A program made the translations under genes and the position numbers. Below are positions 23,778 to 33,510 of a stretch of DNA of 58,340 nucleotides, one piece after another. Source of the stretch: Clostridia bacterium (GTDB lineage: Bacteria > Bacillota > Clostridia > Oscillospirales > Acutalibacteraceae); NCBI GenBank assembly GCA_030525185.1, contig JAUNFH010000001.1, positions 1 to 58,340 of the forward strand, in the 5' to 3' direction. The notes beneath the pieces were generated by a model that was given only the letters and a program-made list of their open reading frames with translations, did no database searches and was not told the DNA's origin. Positions within the stretch are counted from its first letter, which is position 1. Every line of letters starts with the position of its first letter.

Positions 23778-26263
23778 TATTCGGAAACCTCCGCTTTTTC
23801 GTTTTCAAAATCATATCTTCCGAGTTTGTTTTCCATTGCCATTTTGAGAACGTGCATTGCACACTGCTGGAATTCGCCGATTGTGAGACCGTTTTTGACG
23901 CTCTTTTTTGCGGTTCCGTCCGGCTTTTTCTTTCCGACTCTTGCACCGCCCGGCATGAGAACGTCAACTCCGGCTCTGACTCTGTAGCCCTGGTCAATAA
24001 TTCCGGGGAATTCGTGGCTTTCGTCTTTCTGCATCCACCAGTCGGTCATAACGTTGCCCTCATAGCCCCATTCGCCTCTGAGAACGGTTGTGACAAGGTC
24101 ATAGTTATAATGGCTCCAAACGCCGTTGATTTTGTTATACGAGGTCATGATATTGTGCGGATTTGCGGCCTTGACGCAGAATTCAAAGCCCTTAAGATAT
24201 ATTTCGCGAAGAGCACGTTCCGAAACACGGGAATCGTTCTTCGTTCTGTTAACCTCCTGATTGTTGCAGGCAAAATGCTTCGGGCAGGCGGAAAGTCCGC
24301 TTTCCTGAACGCCGAGAACAACCGCCGCGGCCGTCATTCCGGAAAGGAACGGATCTTCCGAAAAATATTCAAAGTTTCTTCCGCAAAGAGGGTTGCGGTG
24401 AATGTTCATTCCGGGGGCAAGAATGATGTCGCTTCCCCTTTCGAGCATTTCCTTTGAAAACTCCGAATAAAGTTCACGGACGAGCTTTTTGTTGAACGAG
24501 CAGGCAAGCGCCGCACCGTTCGGAAGAAGCGAACAATTCGCCGCAAGTCTGATTCCGCTCGGTCCGTCGGTTGTCGTTACGGGAGGAACACCCTTTTCGC
24601 GAAGCGAAGGAAGAACACCGGCCATTACGCCTGCGTTGCCCTTTGCGCCGAGCGGGTTGTTCATGATATATCCGCCTCTTGTGATTGCTTCAAGCTCGTC
24701 AAACGAAAGCTGAGAAACAAAATCTTCCATTGAAACCTTTCCGTCCTTGACGTCGGAAAGCTTGTAACCGAGGTCGCCCTTTTGTTCAATCGTTTCCGGA
24801 AGGTTTTCAAGAATTCTTTCCCTGAGGTTTTCGCTCATGACCGGAGCGCGCTCAAGAACGCCCTTGAGTTTTCCTTTTTCGTCAGTAACGGCCTTGAGGC
24901 GGTCGAACGGGGTTTTCGGATCGGGCGCACAAATCTGAGAAAGCTGCTTTGTGACGATTGTTCTTTCGAGGGTGAAACGTTTGCATTCGGTTGCGGAACG
25001 GACATCCGAGCCGAAATAAAGAACATATTCGCCCTTTTCGAGGACATAGGCGCTTTTGTTTCCGGTTGCTCCGCCGTCATCATAAGAAGCAAAGTCCGAA
25101 AGATTAAAAGTAAGCCTGATTTTTTCGCTTTCGCCGGGAGCGAGGGTTTCGGTTTTTTCATAGGTAACGAGAACCCTTTCCGCCTTTCCGAGCTTTCCCT
25201 GCGGAGCGGAAAGATAAAGTTCGGCAACGTATTTTCCGCTTCTTTCGCCGATGTTTCTGATATCCGCCCAAAGATTGATCTCGTTGTTTTCCGAGCGGGT
25301 AACTCTTGTTACCTTTCCTTCAAATCTTGTGTAGCTAAGGCCGAAACCGAACGGGAAAAGAACCTTGTCTTTTCTGAAAGTTTCAAAGTATCTGTAACCG
25401 ACGTAAATATCTTCCGTATATTCGTTGAACTCTCTTCCGCCGAAGAAACGCGCGGAAGGATAATAAGCATATTTTTCGGCGATTGTGTCCGCAAGTTTTC
25501 CGCAGGGTGAAACGTTTCCGGAAAGAACGTCCGCAACGCAGTTTCCGCTTTCCATTCCGCTCTGCCAAACATAAAGAACGGCGGAAACGTCAAACTCGTT
25601 GACCCAAGCCATATCCATAATGCTTCCGCAGTCGAGAAGAACAACCGTCTTTCTGAACGACGAGCAAACCTTTGAAAGAAGAACGCGCTCTTCCTTCGTC
25701 AGATAATAGCTTCCTTCGGTGAGAGTGTTTTCTCTGTCCTCTCCGGCGGCTCTTCCGATTGCTACGATTGCGGTGTCGCTCTTTTTTGCGGCGTCCATGA
25801 CGGTTTTTCGTGAAATCGGCATTTCCTCATAGCTCATCGGCCAATTTCCCCAGAAGCCGTCGTCGGGCGGATTCTTTTCGCACCAATCTTCATAGATTTT
25901 TGCAAGTTCTTCGTTAACCGTGATGTTTTCGTTCGCACGAAGGCCGTCAAGAAGACTGACTTTGTACGGCGCATTGACGTCTCCTCCGGAGCCGTAACCG
26001 ACATAAAACCAGTTTTTCTGAACTCTTCCGAAAACGGAAACAACTCTGTCCTTTGAAAGCGGAAGAACGTTATTCTGATTTTTAAGAAGGACGATTCCTT
26101 CCGCACCCGCCTTTCTGCAAAGGGCGGACATTTTTTCGCTTGAGGTTTCGCCGGAACCCGCTCCGGCCTTAGTCTGAGAAACGGAGTCGGTAACTGCGTT
26201 GACAACCGTTCCGACGCCACGCATTACCGTGTTTTTAATCTTTCTTTTGATACCCAATTTCAA
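23777..26263 (-). CDS. Glycoside hydrolase family 3 (beta-glucosidase/xylosidase-like) with reversed domain order
   Basis: The GH3 C-terminal-type domain comes first (IVLLKNQNNVLPL). An Fn3-like region follows (FPFGFGLSYTRF...AELYLSAP...L.PGESEKI). The catalytic TIM-barrel domain comes last (PSGIRL..., KHFACNNQE, SYNKINGVW, GNVMTDWW nucleophile motif). The start is TTG at 26263 or TTG at 26257, after AAAGGAGGA. Confidence 0.8.
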   Translation of the reverse strand: MKLGIKRKIKNTVMRGVGTVVNAVTDSVSQTKAGAGSGETSSEKMSALCRKAGAEGIVLLKNQNNVLPLSKDRVVSVFGRVQKNWFYVGYGSGGDVNAPYKVSLLDGLRANENITVNEELAKIYEDWCEKNPPDDGFWGNWPMSYEEMPISRKTVMDAAKKSDTAIVAIGRAAGEDRENTLTEGSYYLTKEERVLLSKVCSSFRKTVVLLDCGSIMDMAWVNEFDVSAVLYVWQSGMESGNCVADVLSGNVSPCGKLADTIAEKYAYYPSARFFGGREFNEYTEDIYVGYRYFETFRKDKVLFPFGFGLSYTRFEGKVTRVTRSENNEINLWADIRNIGERSGKYVAELYLSAPQGKLGKAERVLVTYEKTETLAPGESEKIRLTFNLSDFASYDDGGATGNKSAYVLEKGEYVLYFGSDVRSATECKRFTLERTIVTKQLSQICAPDPKTPFDRLKAVTDEKGKLKGVLERAPVMSENLRERILENLPETIEQKGDLGYKLSDVKDGKVSMEDFVSQLSFDELEAITRGGYIMNNPLGAKGNAGVMAGVLPSLREKGVPPVTTTDGPSGIRLAANCSLLPNGAALACSFNKKLVRELYSEFSKEMLERGSDIILAPGMNIHRNPLCGRNFEYFSEDPFLSGMTAAAVVLGVQESGLSACPKHFACNNQEVNRTKNDSRVSERALREIYLKGFEFCVKAANPHNIMTSYNKINGVWSHYNYDLVTTVLRGEWGYEGNVMTDWWMQKDESHEFPGIIDQGYRVRAGVDVLMPGGARVGKKKPDGTAKKSVKNGLTIGEFQQCAMHVLKMAMENKLGRYDFENEKAEVSE

Positions 26264-26293
26264 GTCCTCCTTTTGGGATTTTTGTTGTTCGCT

Positions 26294-27709
26294 TTAAGAT
26301 CTGTTTTCTTTGAAATATTCTTCTTTTGCCTTCATTCCCTCTTGAGTGACCGGCTTGAGCCAGCGAAGGGAACGGTGGCGGATAATGCAGAAGACGCTTT
26401 TGGGAATATCTTCCGCAAGATAAGCAATCATGAAAACGGCAATGAACGGAAGCGAAAAAACCTTCGCCGCAAGAACCGTTGCCGGAATTGCAAGGAACCA
26501 AAGCGAGCCGATGTCGCAAAGCATTGCCATGAACGTGTCGCCGCCGGAACGGAAAATTCCGACAACCTGGACGTATGAAATCATTTTTATCGGAAGCTCA
26601 CAGCCGAGAAAAAGCGCAATTGTGAGCGCCGTTGAAAGAGAAAGCTCGGAGATGTTGTTGCCCATATTAAAAATCGAAATGAGCTGACTGCGGAAAATCA
26701 CCATCAACGCGCCGACAAAAACCGCAACGAGCGGAACAACGAAGGAAAAACGGTGAGCGTCTTCAACCGCACGGCCGATTTTTCCCGAGCCGACGGATTT
26801 TCCGACCATGATTACGCAGGCATTGCAAAGTCCGACGAAGAACGCAAACGAAAGGTCCGAAAATGTTTTGACAATCGTGACCGCCGCATAATATTCATAG
26901 CCCATGTTTGAATAAACAATGTTGAGAACGAAAATTCCGAGCGACCAGAGCGATTCGTTGATTACGACCGGGAATGCACGCTGAACAAACGCAACAAGAT
27001 GATGCGGCCTGAAGGAAAAGATATCCTTCGGAGAGCGGACAAGGTGGTTCTTTTGAAAAAGCGAGATGATGATGAGAAGAACGGGACCCGACCAGGAAGA
27101 AATGCAGGTTGCCGTTGCGGCGCCGGCAACGCCGAGTTCCGGAAGGCCGAACTTTCCGAAAATGAAACCGTAATTAAAAAAGGCATTGAGAACCGTCGTC
27201 ACCATTGAAACATACATCGGAACCTTGACCTTTTCAATGTTCCTCAAAAATCCGGAAAGAACAACGGAAAGAAAAACCGCCGGATATGAAAAACAGGCAA
27301 TTTTCATATAGCTGCTTCCGGAAGCGATGACTGACGCTTCTTTGTTAAAAATCGAAATTACCCTTTCCGGCGCAAGAAACGCAGGAAAAAAGAAGATTGC
27401 CGCAAGAACGGTGATGAACAAAAGCGAGATTCCGAGAACGCGGCGCATCGCCTTATAATTTTTGATTCCCCAATATTGCGAAGCGAAAACCGACATTCCC
27501 GAACAGATTCCGAAGCTTACGATGCTCATGAACCAGCTCCACTGTCCGGCCATTCCGACCGAGGAAAGCGCAACGTCACCGAGCCGGCTGACCATAAGTG
27601 TGTCAACAATCGCAAACGAGCTTGTGAGCATATTCTGAACGGCGATCGGAAAACCGAGCTTCAGCGTTACCCTCCAAAACGGTTTGTCGCCGAGATATTT
27701 TTTAATCAT
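26294..27709 (-). CDS. MATE family efflux transporter
   Basis: ORF 26294..27847, with the start moved to ATG 27709 (MIKKYLGDKPFWRVTLKLGFPIAVQNMLTSSFAIVDTLMVSRLG is a typical MATE N-terminus). 12 TM segments. There is no strong SD near this ATG, so the start is uncertain. Confidence 0.75.
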   Translation of the reverse strand: MIKKYLGDKPFWRVTLKLGFPIAVQNMLTSSFAIVDTLMVSRLGDVALSSVGMAGQWSWFMSIVSFGICSGMSVFASQYWGIKNYKAMRRVLGISLLFITVLAAIFFFPAFLAPERVISIFNKEASVIASGSSYMKIACFSYPAVFLSVVLSGFLRNIEKVKVPMYVSMVTTVLNAFFNYGFIFGKFGLPELGVAGAATATCISSWSGPVLLIIISLFQKNHLVRSPKDIFSFRPHHLVAFVQRAFPVVINESLWSLGIFVLNIVYSNMGYEYYAAVTIVKTFSDLSFAFFVGLCNACVIMVGKSVGSGKIGRAVEDAHRFSFVVPLVAVFVGALMVIFRSQLISIFNMGNNISELSLSTALTIALFLGCELPIKMISYVQVVGIFRSGGDTFMAMLCDIGSLWFLAIPATVLAAKVFSLPFIAVFMIAYLAEDIPKSVFCIIRHRSLRWLKPVTQEGMKAKEEYFKENRS

Positions 27710-27909
27710 GATAAAAATCCGTGCGGCCTTGCCGCATCCTTTCAATGCAAAAAAGTATTCATTTTTATTATAAAGAAGCGGGCCGAAAGTGTCAAGGGTG
27801 AAAAAGAAGAAGAAAAGACGAAGTTTTCTTTCTTCGCCGTATCTCACAAAATTTTCTAAAAAATTCTTTGTTTATTCATAATTTTTGACAAATATTTTTC
27901 CGATTTCGC

Positions 27910-27938
27910 TTTACTTGATTCGGTGCTGCTGATATAAT
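27910..27938 (+). promoter_or_regulatory. Sigma-A promoter for the hydrogenase operon
   Basis: TTTACT (27910-27915), a 17-nt spacer, then TATAAT (27933-27938). Confidence 0.6.
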
Positions 27939-28027
27939 GTATATAATTATGCGGAAATTTGATTCGAGCCTTATTTTTGCATAAAGTAACCTCAAAAAAG
28001 TTACTAAAATCGAGAGGAGTTTAAAAT

Positions 28028-29857
28028 TTGAGCAGATTATCAATTCCAACCCCGATAAGCGCTCAGGGCGTTATCGACGAGATTTACGGAGATCTTGTCC
28101 GCCGCCTTCAGGCGAACCCCGTGAGCGTTTGTCCCGTTGACATGGCTGCCGCCTTCGTCGGAGTCTGCCACAGCCAGTCCTGCGGAAAATGTACCCCCTG
28201 CCGGGTCGGTCTCGGCCAACTTCACAAACTCATTGAATCCGTCCTTGACGGAGACGCGACTGAAAGCACCCTTAACCTCATTGAAAAAACCGCAAGAGTA
28301 ATCAACGCAACCGCCGACTGCGCAATCGGCTATGAAGCGGCGCAAATGGTTCTTCGCGGTCTCAACGGCTTTCGTGAGGACTACGAAGCGCACCTGAACG
28401 GAACGTGCCTTTGCCGTTTTGACAAGGCTGTTCCCTGCGTTTCACTCTGCCCGGCGAATGTTGACATTCCGGGCTATGTTTCCCTTGTTAAAGAGGGCAG
28501 ATACCAAGACGCGGTTCGCCTCATCAGGAAGGACAATCCTTTCCCGTCGGCGTGCGCCCTTATTTGCGAACACCCCTGCGAATCGCATTGCCGCAGACGT
28601 CTTGTTGACGCGGCGGTCAACATCAGAGGGCTCAAACGCATGGCTGTTGACAATGCCGGCGACGTTCCCGTTCCGCCTTGCGCCCCGGCAACCGGCAAAA
28701 AAGTTGCCGTAATCGGCGGAGGCCCGTCCGGACTTACGGCGGCGTACTTCCTTTCTCTCATGGGACACAAAGTCACCGTTTATGAAAAAAGAAAATTCCT
28801 CGGCGGAATGCTTCGCTACGGCATTCCAAGCTACCGCCTTCCAAGAGAGATTCTTGAAAAAGAAATCGAAACAATTCTTTCAACCGGAATTGACGTCAAA
28901 ATGGGCGTTGACATCGGAACGGACATTACCTTTGAAGAAATCAGAGAGAACTTTGACGCAACATATATCGCAATCGGCGCTCATACCGACAACAAGCTCG
29001 GCATTGAGGGCGAAGACGGAAACGGTGTGATTTCAGCCGTTGAAATGCTGCGTATGATCGGCGACGGAGATATGCCGGACTTTTCCGGAAAGAACATCGT
29101 TGTCATCGGCGGCGGCAACGTTGCAATGGACTGCACAAGAAGTTCAATGCGTCTCGGCGCAAAGAGCGTCACCTGCGTTTACAGACGCCGCAGAGAGGAC
29201 ATGACCGCAATGCCCGAAGAAGTTGAAGGCGCAATGGCGGAGGACTGCGATATTCTTGAGCTTATGACGCCGGAAAAAATTGAACTTGACGAAAACGGAA
29301 ACGTCAAGGCGCTTTGGGTCGCTCCGCAGATGATCAGCAACATCAAGCGCGGAAGACCGGCTCCGATTCGCACCGAAGAACCGCTCAGAAAGCTTGACTG
29401 CGACATGATTATCGTCGCAATCGGCCAGGCGATCGAATCGCACCACTTTGCAAACAGCGGTGTTCAAACAAAATGGGGAAGAATCATGGCCGACATGAAA
29501 ACAATCGTCAGCGACCACGACGGCCTTTTCTCCGGCGGAGACTGCGTAACCGGTCCCGCAAGCGCAATCATGGCGATTGCCGCCGGAAAAACCGCGGCGG
29601 CGAACATTGACCATTACCTCGGCTTCGACTCAAAAATCAGCGTTGACGTTGAAATTCCCGAACCGCCGATTGCACCCCAGCCGCCCTGCGGCAGAATCAA
29701 CCTCACCGAAAGGTCGGCCGAGGAAAGAAAACACGACTTCCTTCTTATGGAAAATTCAATGACGCTTCAGCAGGCGTATCAGGAAGCTTCGCGCTGCCTG
29801 AGATGCGACAAATTCGGCTACGGAGCGCTTAAAGGAGGAAGAATATTCAAATGGTAA
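28028..29857 (+). CDS. GltD-like NAD(P)H-dependent Fe-S flavoprotein with an N-terminal NuoF-type 4Fe-4S module (hydrogenase partner)
   Basis: TTG start after GAGGAG. The NuoF-like motif is SCGKCTPCRVG. GltD-type Cys clusters are CVSLCPANVDIPGY and CEHPCESHCRR. Two Rossmann motifs are present: KKVAVIGGGPSGLTAAYFL and KNIVVIGGGNVAMDC. Confidence 0.75.
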   Translation: MSRLSIPTPISAQGVIDEIYGDLVRRLQANPVSVCPVDMAAAFVGVCHSQSCGKCTPCRVGLGQLHKLIESVLDGDATESTLNLIEKTARVINATADCAIGYEAAQMVLRGLNGFREDYEAHLNGTCLCRFDKAVPCVSLCPANVDIPGYVSLVKEGRYQDAVRLIRKDNPFPSACALICEHPCESHCRRRLVDAAVNIRGLKRMAVDNAGDVPVPPCAPATGKKVAVIGGGPSGLTAAYFLSLMGHKVTVYEKRKFLGGMLRYGIPSYRLPREILEKEIETILSTGIDVKMGVDIGTDITFEEIRENFDATYIAIGAHTDNKLGIEGEDGNGVISAVEMLRMIGDGDMPDFSGKNIVVIGGGNVAMDCTRSSMRLGAKSVTCVYRRRREDMTAMPEEVEGAMAEDCDILELMTPEKIELDENGNVKALWVAPQMISNIKRGRPAPIRTEEPLRKLDCDMIIVAIGQAIESHHFANSGVQTKWGRIMADMKTIVSDHDGLFSGGDCVTGPASAIMAIAAGKTAAANIDHYLGFDSKISVDVEIPEPPIAPQPPCGRINLTERSAEERKHDFLLMENSMTLQQAYQEASRCLRCDKFGYGALKGGRIFKW

Positions 29858-31572
29858 AACTTGTTATTGATAATATCCCCGTTGAAGTTGAAAACGGGGC
29901 AACGATCCTTGAAGCGGCAAAAAAGGCGAATATACACATTCCGACTCTTTGCTATTTCAAAGAGCTTAACGAAATCGGCGCTTGCCGAATCTGCGTTGTT
30001 GAAGTCAAGGATAACGAGCGTCTTGTTGCCGCCTGCAACACAAAGGCGGAGGACGGAATGGTAATTTTCACAAACAGTCCGCGCGTTCGCGAAGCAAGGA
30101 ACGTCAACATCAAGCTCATTCTCAGCGAGCACGACTGCTACTGCACAACCTGCGTTCGCAGCGGAACGTGCCGGCTTCAAAAGGTTGCCAACGACCTCAA
30201 CATTTTCAGGAACGAATACGAAACCCGAATTGAACGCAACAAACCGCACGGCGATTTTCCGCTTGTCAGAGACGCCGGCCGCTGCATAAAATGTATGCGT
30301 TGCATTCAGGTTTGCGACAAAATTCAGGCGCTCCGCGTTTGGGAGGTACAAAACACCGGTTCAAGAACAACCGTTGCCGTTAAGGAACACAAAAAGCTTT
30401 GGGAAACCGACTGCTCGCTTTGCGGCCAGTGCATCACCCATTGTCCGACCGGTGCGCTCAGAGAAAGGGACGACACCCAAAAGGTTTACCGCGCCCTTGC
30501 CGACCAGAACAAAATCACCGTTGTTCAGTTTGCTCCGGCCGTCCGTACCGCGTGGGCGGAATCGTTCGGACTCGACAAGGAGTTCGCAACCGAAAAGCGC
30601 ATGGTTGCCGCCGCAAAAGCGCTCGGCTTCAACTATGTTTTTGACACCGATTTTTCCGCCGACCTCACGATTATGGAGGAGGGCAGCGAGTTCCTCGACA
30701 GGCTTCAAAACGGCGGAAAGCTTCCGCTCATGACCTCCTGCTGTCCCGGTTGGGTACGCTTCCTCAAGGGTCAGTATCCGGAATTCACGGACAACCTTTC
30801 GACCGCAAAGTCGCCGCAGCAGATGTTCGGCGCGGTCACAAAAAGCTACTTTGCAAAAATGATCGGCGTAAGACCGGAAAACATTTTCTGCGTTTCCGTC
30901 ATGCCGTGTACGGCGAAAAAGCACGAATGTTCAATCGAAAACATGAACGATGCCTGCGGCGATCCGGACGTTGACGTTTCACTCACAACGAGGGAGTTTG
31001 CAAGAATGCTTCGCGCCGATCACGTCGGCGTGGCAAGACTTCCCGAATGTGAATTCGACAGTCCCCTCGGTGCGGCCACCGGCGCCGGAGTGATTTTCGG
31101 TGCAACGGGCGGCGTTATGGAAGCGGCGCTTCGCAGCGCGTACTACCTCGTTACGGGAGAAAATCCGGACGCAGATGCTTTTTCGGGCGTCAGAGGGCTT
31201 GACGGTTGGAAGGAAGCAACATACGAAATCAAGGGAACAAAAGTAAGAGTTGCCGTTGTCAGCGGACTCAAGAACACCAAAAAGCTCATGGAAGCGCTCA
31301 AAGCCGGCGATGTCAGCTATGATTTCATTGAGGTTATGGCGTGTCCGGGCGGCTGCGCGGGCGGCGGCGGACAGCCTATTCACGACGGCGAAGAACTTGC
31401 CGGCGAAAGAGGAAAAATCCTTTATGAGCTCGACAAAAACAACACTCTCAGGTTTTCCCACGAAAATCCGGAGGTTCAGGCTCTTTATAAAGACTTCCTC
31501 AAAAAACCGCTTTCCCACACGGCGCACCATCTTCTTCATACCGATCACCACGCCTGGGAAATGACAAAATAA
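29851..31572 (+). CDS. hydA: [FeFe]-hydrogenase catalytic subunit
   Basis: An N-terminal 2Fe-2S ferredoxin-like fold (CYFKELNEIGACRIC) is followed by 4Fe-4S motifs. The H-cluster signatures are TSCCPGW, MPCTAKKHE and EVMACPGGCAGGGGQP. The start overlaps the upstream stop by 7 nt (ATGGTAA). Confidence 0.9.
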   Translation: MVKLVIDNIPVEVENGATILEAAKKANIHIPTLCYFKELNEIGACRICVVEVKDNERLVAACNTKAEDGMVIFTNSPRVREARNVNIKLILSEHDCYCTTCVRSGTCRLQKVANDLNIFRNEYETRIERNKPHGDFPLVRDAGRCIKCMRCIQVCDKIQALRVWEVQNTGSRTTVAVKEHKKLWETDCSLCGQCITHCPTGALRERDDTQKVYRALADQNKITVVQFAPAVRTAWAESFGLDKEFATEKRMVAAAKALGFNYVFDTDFSADLTIMEEGSEFLDRLQNGGKLPLMTSCCPGWVRFLKGQYPEFTDNLSTAKSPQQMFGAVTKSYFAKMIGVRPENIFCVSVMPCTAKKHECSIENMNDACGDPDVDVSLTTREFARMLRADHVGVARLPECEFDSPLGAATGAGVIFGATGGVMEAALRSAYYLVTGENPDADAFSGVRGLDGWKEATYEIKGTKVRVAVVSGLKNTKKLMEALKAGDVSYDFIEVMACPGGCAGGGGQPIHDGEELAGERGKILYELDKNNTLRFSHENPEVQALYKDFLKKPLSHTAHHLLHTDHHAWEMTK

Positions 31573-31574
31573 AA

Positions 31575-31618
31575 AGAACAGGGTTGCGGCGAACAAATCG
31601 TCACAACCCTGTTTTATT
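31575..31618. terminator. Bidirectional rho-independent terminator
   Basis: AAAAAGAACAGGGTTG-...-CAACCCTGTTTTATTATT, between convergent genes. Confidence 0.75.
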
Positions 31619-31627
31619 ATTCTGCTC

Positions 31628-33487
31628 TTAGAATTTAATTTCGGAATCCGCAATGTCGCTGAACGGAAGGGTGAGCGAATCGTTATATCCCTTCGGGTCA
31701 ATATAGCTGAAGAGAACTCCGTCTTCATCAATGCACCATGCCGACGAATTGACAAGCTGACCGATGTTTTCGCTGTCCGTCGGAAGTTCGGTGTAATCTT
31801 CGGAAAGAAGACCGTTGTTTTTGAGATAAATTTCAAAAAGCTTCTGCTGAACGCTGTAATAATCTTTTCCGAGAACGCTGTCCTTTTTGAGGAATTCGCC
31901 GCTCTTGATTTCAAGTGTATAGCCTTCAAAGGTCGTTGTCGGAAGAAGGATTGACGGAACAAGACTTTCTCCGTTTTCCTCGGCCTGAGTTTTCTTTTCG
32001 TTGAACCATGAAAAAATCGGAAGATATTCGTCCGTTTCCTCAAGGAGCGAAATATAGCCGTTTTTATTGTATGTGACCTTTGATGTGACATAGGCGTAAG
32101 CCGGGAGATCCTTTTTGTTTCCGCCAAGTTCAAGATACCGCTTATAAAGTCTGTCGGCCTTTTTGGCCTTGTTGCGATATTTTGTAATCAACTCGTTATA
32201 AAGAGTGTTGAGAATTTCGGCCGATTTCTTTCCGTCCTCGTCGCCGTCCTTTGCGGAAAAGACGGGATATTCAATGATGTAATTCGCAAAAAGGACGCCG
32301 TTCGTTGTTTTTGCGGCAATTTTCTTCCGTTCGATTTTGAAGCTCAAAGCCTCATTCTTTTCTTCGGTAATCTTCACTCCGTCTTCGGAGAAAAGAGGAG
32401 ACGACGAAAGCTCAAGAAGGCTCCATTTGAGGTTTTCTTCCTGCTTTTCAAGCGAGACTACGCAATAAACGGATTTCTTTTCACCGCTTTTGTCCGTAAA
32501 GTCGCACTGAACGTAATAATTTCCGTCCTCGGTACGCTTTGAAGAAGAAACTTCGGCCGAATAAGCGTCTTTTTTTGCCGCGGTTCCGGCTTCGGCCGCA
32601 AAATAATAGTAGCCGTCATAGTAATAATAGTTCTTTCCGTTCGCGCAATTGACTATGTTGCTTCCGAGACCGGAGGCAATTTTTCTGATGTTCGATCTTT
32701 TGACCTTGCAATAGCTGTAGCCGTCGTCGGTTTTGAAGCGGTCCGCCGGATCGGCCTCATCGGTAACGATGTTTGCGGCCGTGAAAAATGCGCCGTAAAG
32801 TCCCGTCGAACTTTCGGGTTTCATCATTTCAAGAAGACCTTCCTGCGAAACCTCATCACGGTTAAAGCCCGATTCAAAGAACACCGAGAAAAACGAAGCG
32901 TATTCTTCAAACGACGCCTTTTCGCTGTTTGAAAAACCCGAAAACGCAACGGTTTTCACCGCCTCGGCCGATGTTTTGAAAACGTCGGTATATTTACTGA
33001 CGAACGAAAGTCCGATCATTGCGGCAATGCAGAACGTGCAAAGAGAAAGCGCAATTATTCTTGACGTTTTTTCCTTTTTCGCCTGTTCTTTGTTGACTTT
33101 CGGCTGAGCCGAAACCTTTGCAACCTGCGGCGCAGACTGACCGCGAACCGGAGGTCGGCTCGTCTTTTCCGCCGCAACGGCGGAAGGCACGTTCGGCTTC
33201 GGTTCGGAAAAAGGTTTTTCAGGCGCTTTTTCGGTTTTGAAAGCAATTCTTTCCGCGCTTGAAAACTCCGGCTTTTTGATTTCCGGCTTTTTTTCCGGAA
33301 TCGGAGCGGGAGTCGGTTCGGATTCGGTCTTCGCCGGTTCTTCGGTCTCACGACGAAGGTCCGGCTCTTCGTTCAGTTTTTCTTCGGGAATATTGATCTG
33401 AAATCGCTTTTTTGAAACTCTTTTTTTGCAGTGAGGACAAAATGTTTCACCGTCGGGGATTTGCGAAAAGCAGTTATTACAAATCAC
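31628..33487 (-). CDS. Zinc-ribbon membrane protein with a large extracytoplasmic domain (anti-sigma / RsiV-like architecture)
   Basis: GTG start after AAGGAGAA. The N-terminus has CNNCFSQIPDGETFCPHC, followed by a K/E/P-rich disordered region of ~130 aa and a single TM (IIALSLCTFCIAAMIGLSFV). A ~450-aa outer domain follows. Its C-terminal half (YIIEYPVFSAKDGD...LNTLYNELI) resembles DUF3298/DUF4163-type modules, but that assignment is tentative. Confidence 0.55.
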   Translation of the reverse strand: MICNNCFSQIPDGETFCPHCKKRVSKKRFQINIPEEKLNEEPDLRRETEEPAKTESEPTPAPIPEKKPEIKKPEFSSAERIAFKTEKAPEKPFSEPKPNVPSAVAAEKTSRPPVRGQSAPQVAKVSAQPKVNKEQAKKEKTSRIIALSLCTFCIAAMIGLSFVSKYTDVFKTSAEAVKTVAFSGFSNSEKASFEEYASFFSVFFESGFNRDEVSQEGLLEMMKPESSTGLYGAFFTAANIVTDEADPADRFKTDDGYSYCKVKRSNIRKIASGLGSNIVNCANGKNYYYYDGYYYFAAEAGTAAKKDAYSAEVSSSKRTEDGNYYVQCDFTDKSGEKKSVYCVVSLEKQEENLKWSLLELSSSPLFSEDGVKITEEKNEALSFKIERKKIAAKTTNGVLFANYIIEYPVFSAKDGDEDGKKSAEILNTLYNELITKYRNKAKKADRLYKRYLELGGNKKDLPAYAYVTSKVTYNKNGYISLLEETDEYLPIFSWFNEKKTQAEENGESLVPSILLPTTTFEGYTLEIKSGEFLKKDSVLGKDYYSVQQKLFEIYLKNNGLLSEDYTELPTDSENIGQLVNSSAWCIDEDGVLFSYIDPKGYNDSLTLPFSDIADSEIKF

Positions 33488-33510
33488 GTTAATTCTCCTT
33501 TTCTCAAAAA

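Noticed and set aside
30979-32133. 384-aa minus-strand ORF spanning the junction of the convergent hydA and zinc-ribbon genes
   Set aside because: It overlaps the well-supported hydA 3' end in antisense, and the 31628..33487 gene out of frame. It also reads through a bidirectional terminator. The composition is low-complexity and rich in R/K/S/F, and there is no RBS. This is a shadow ORF.
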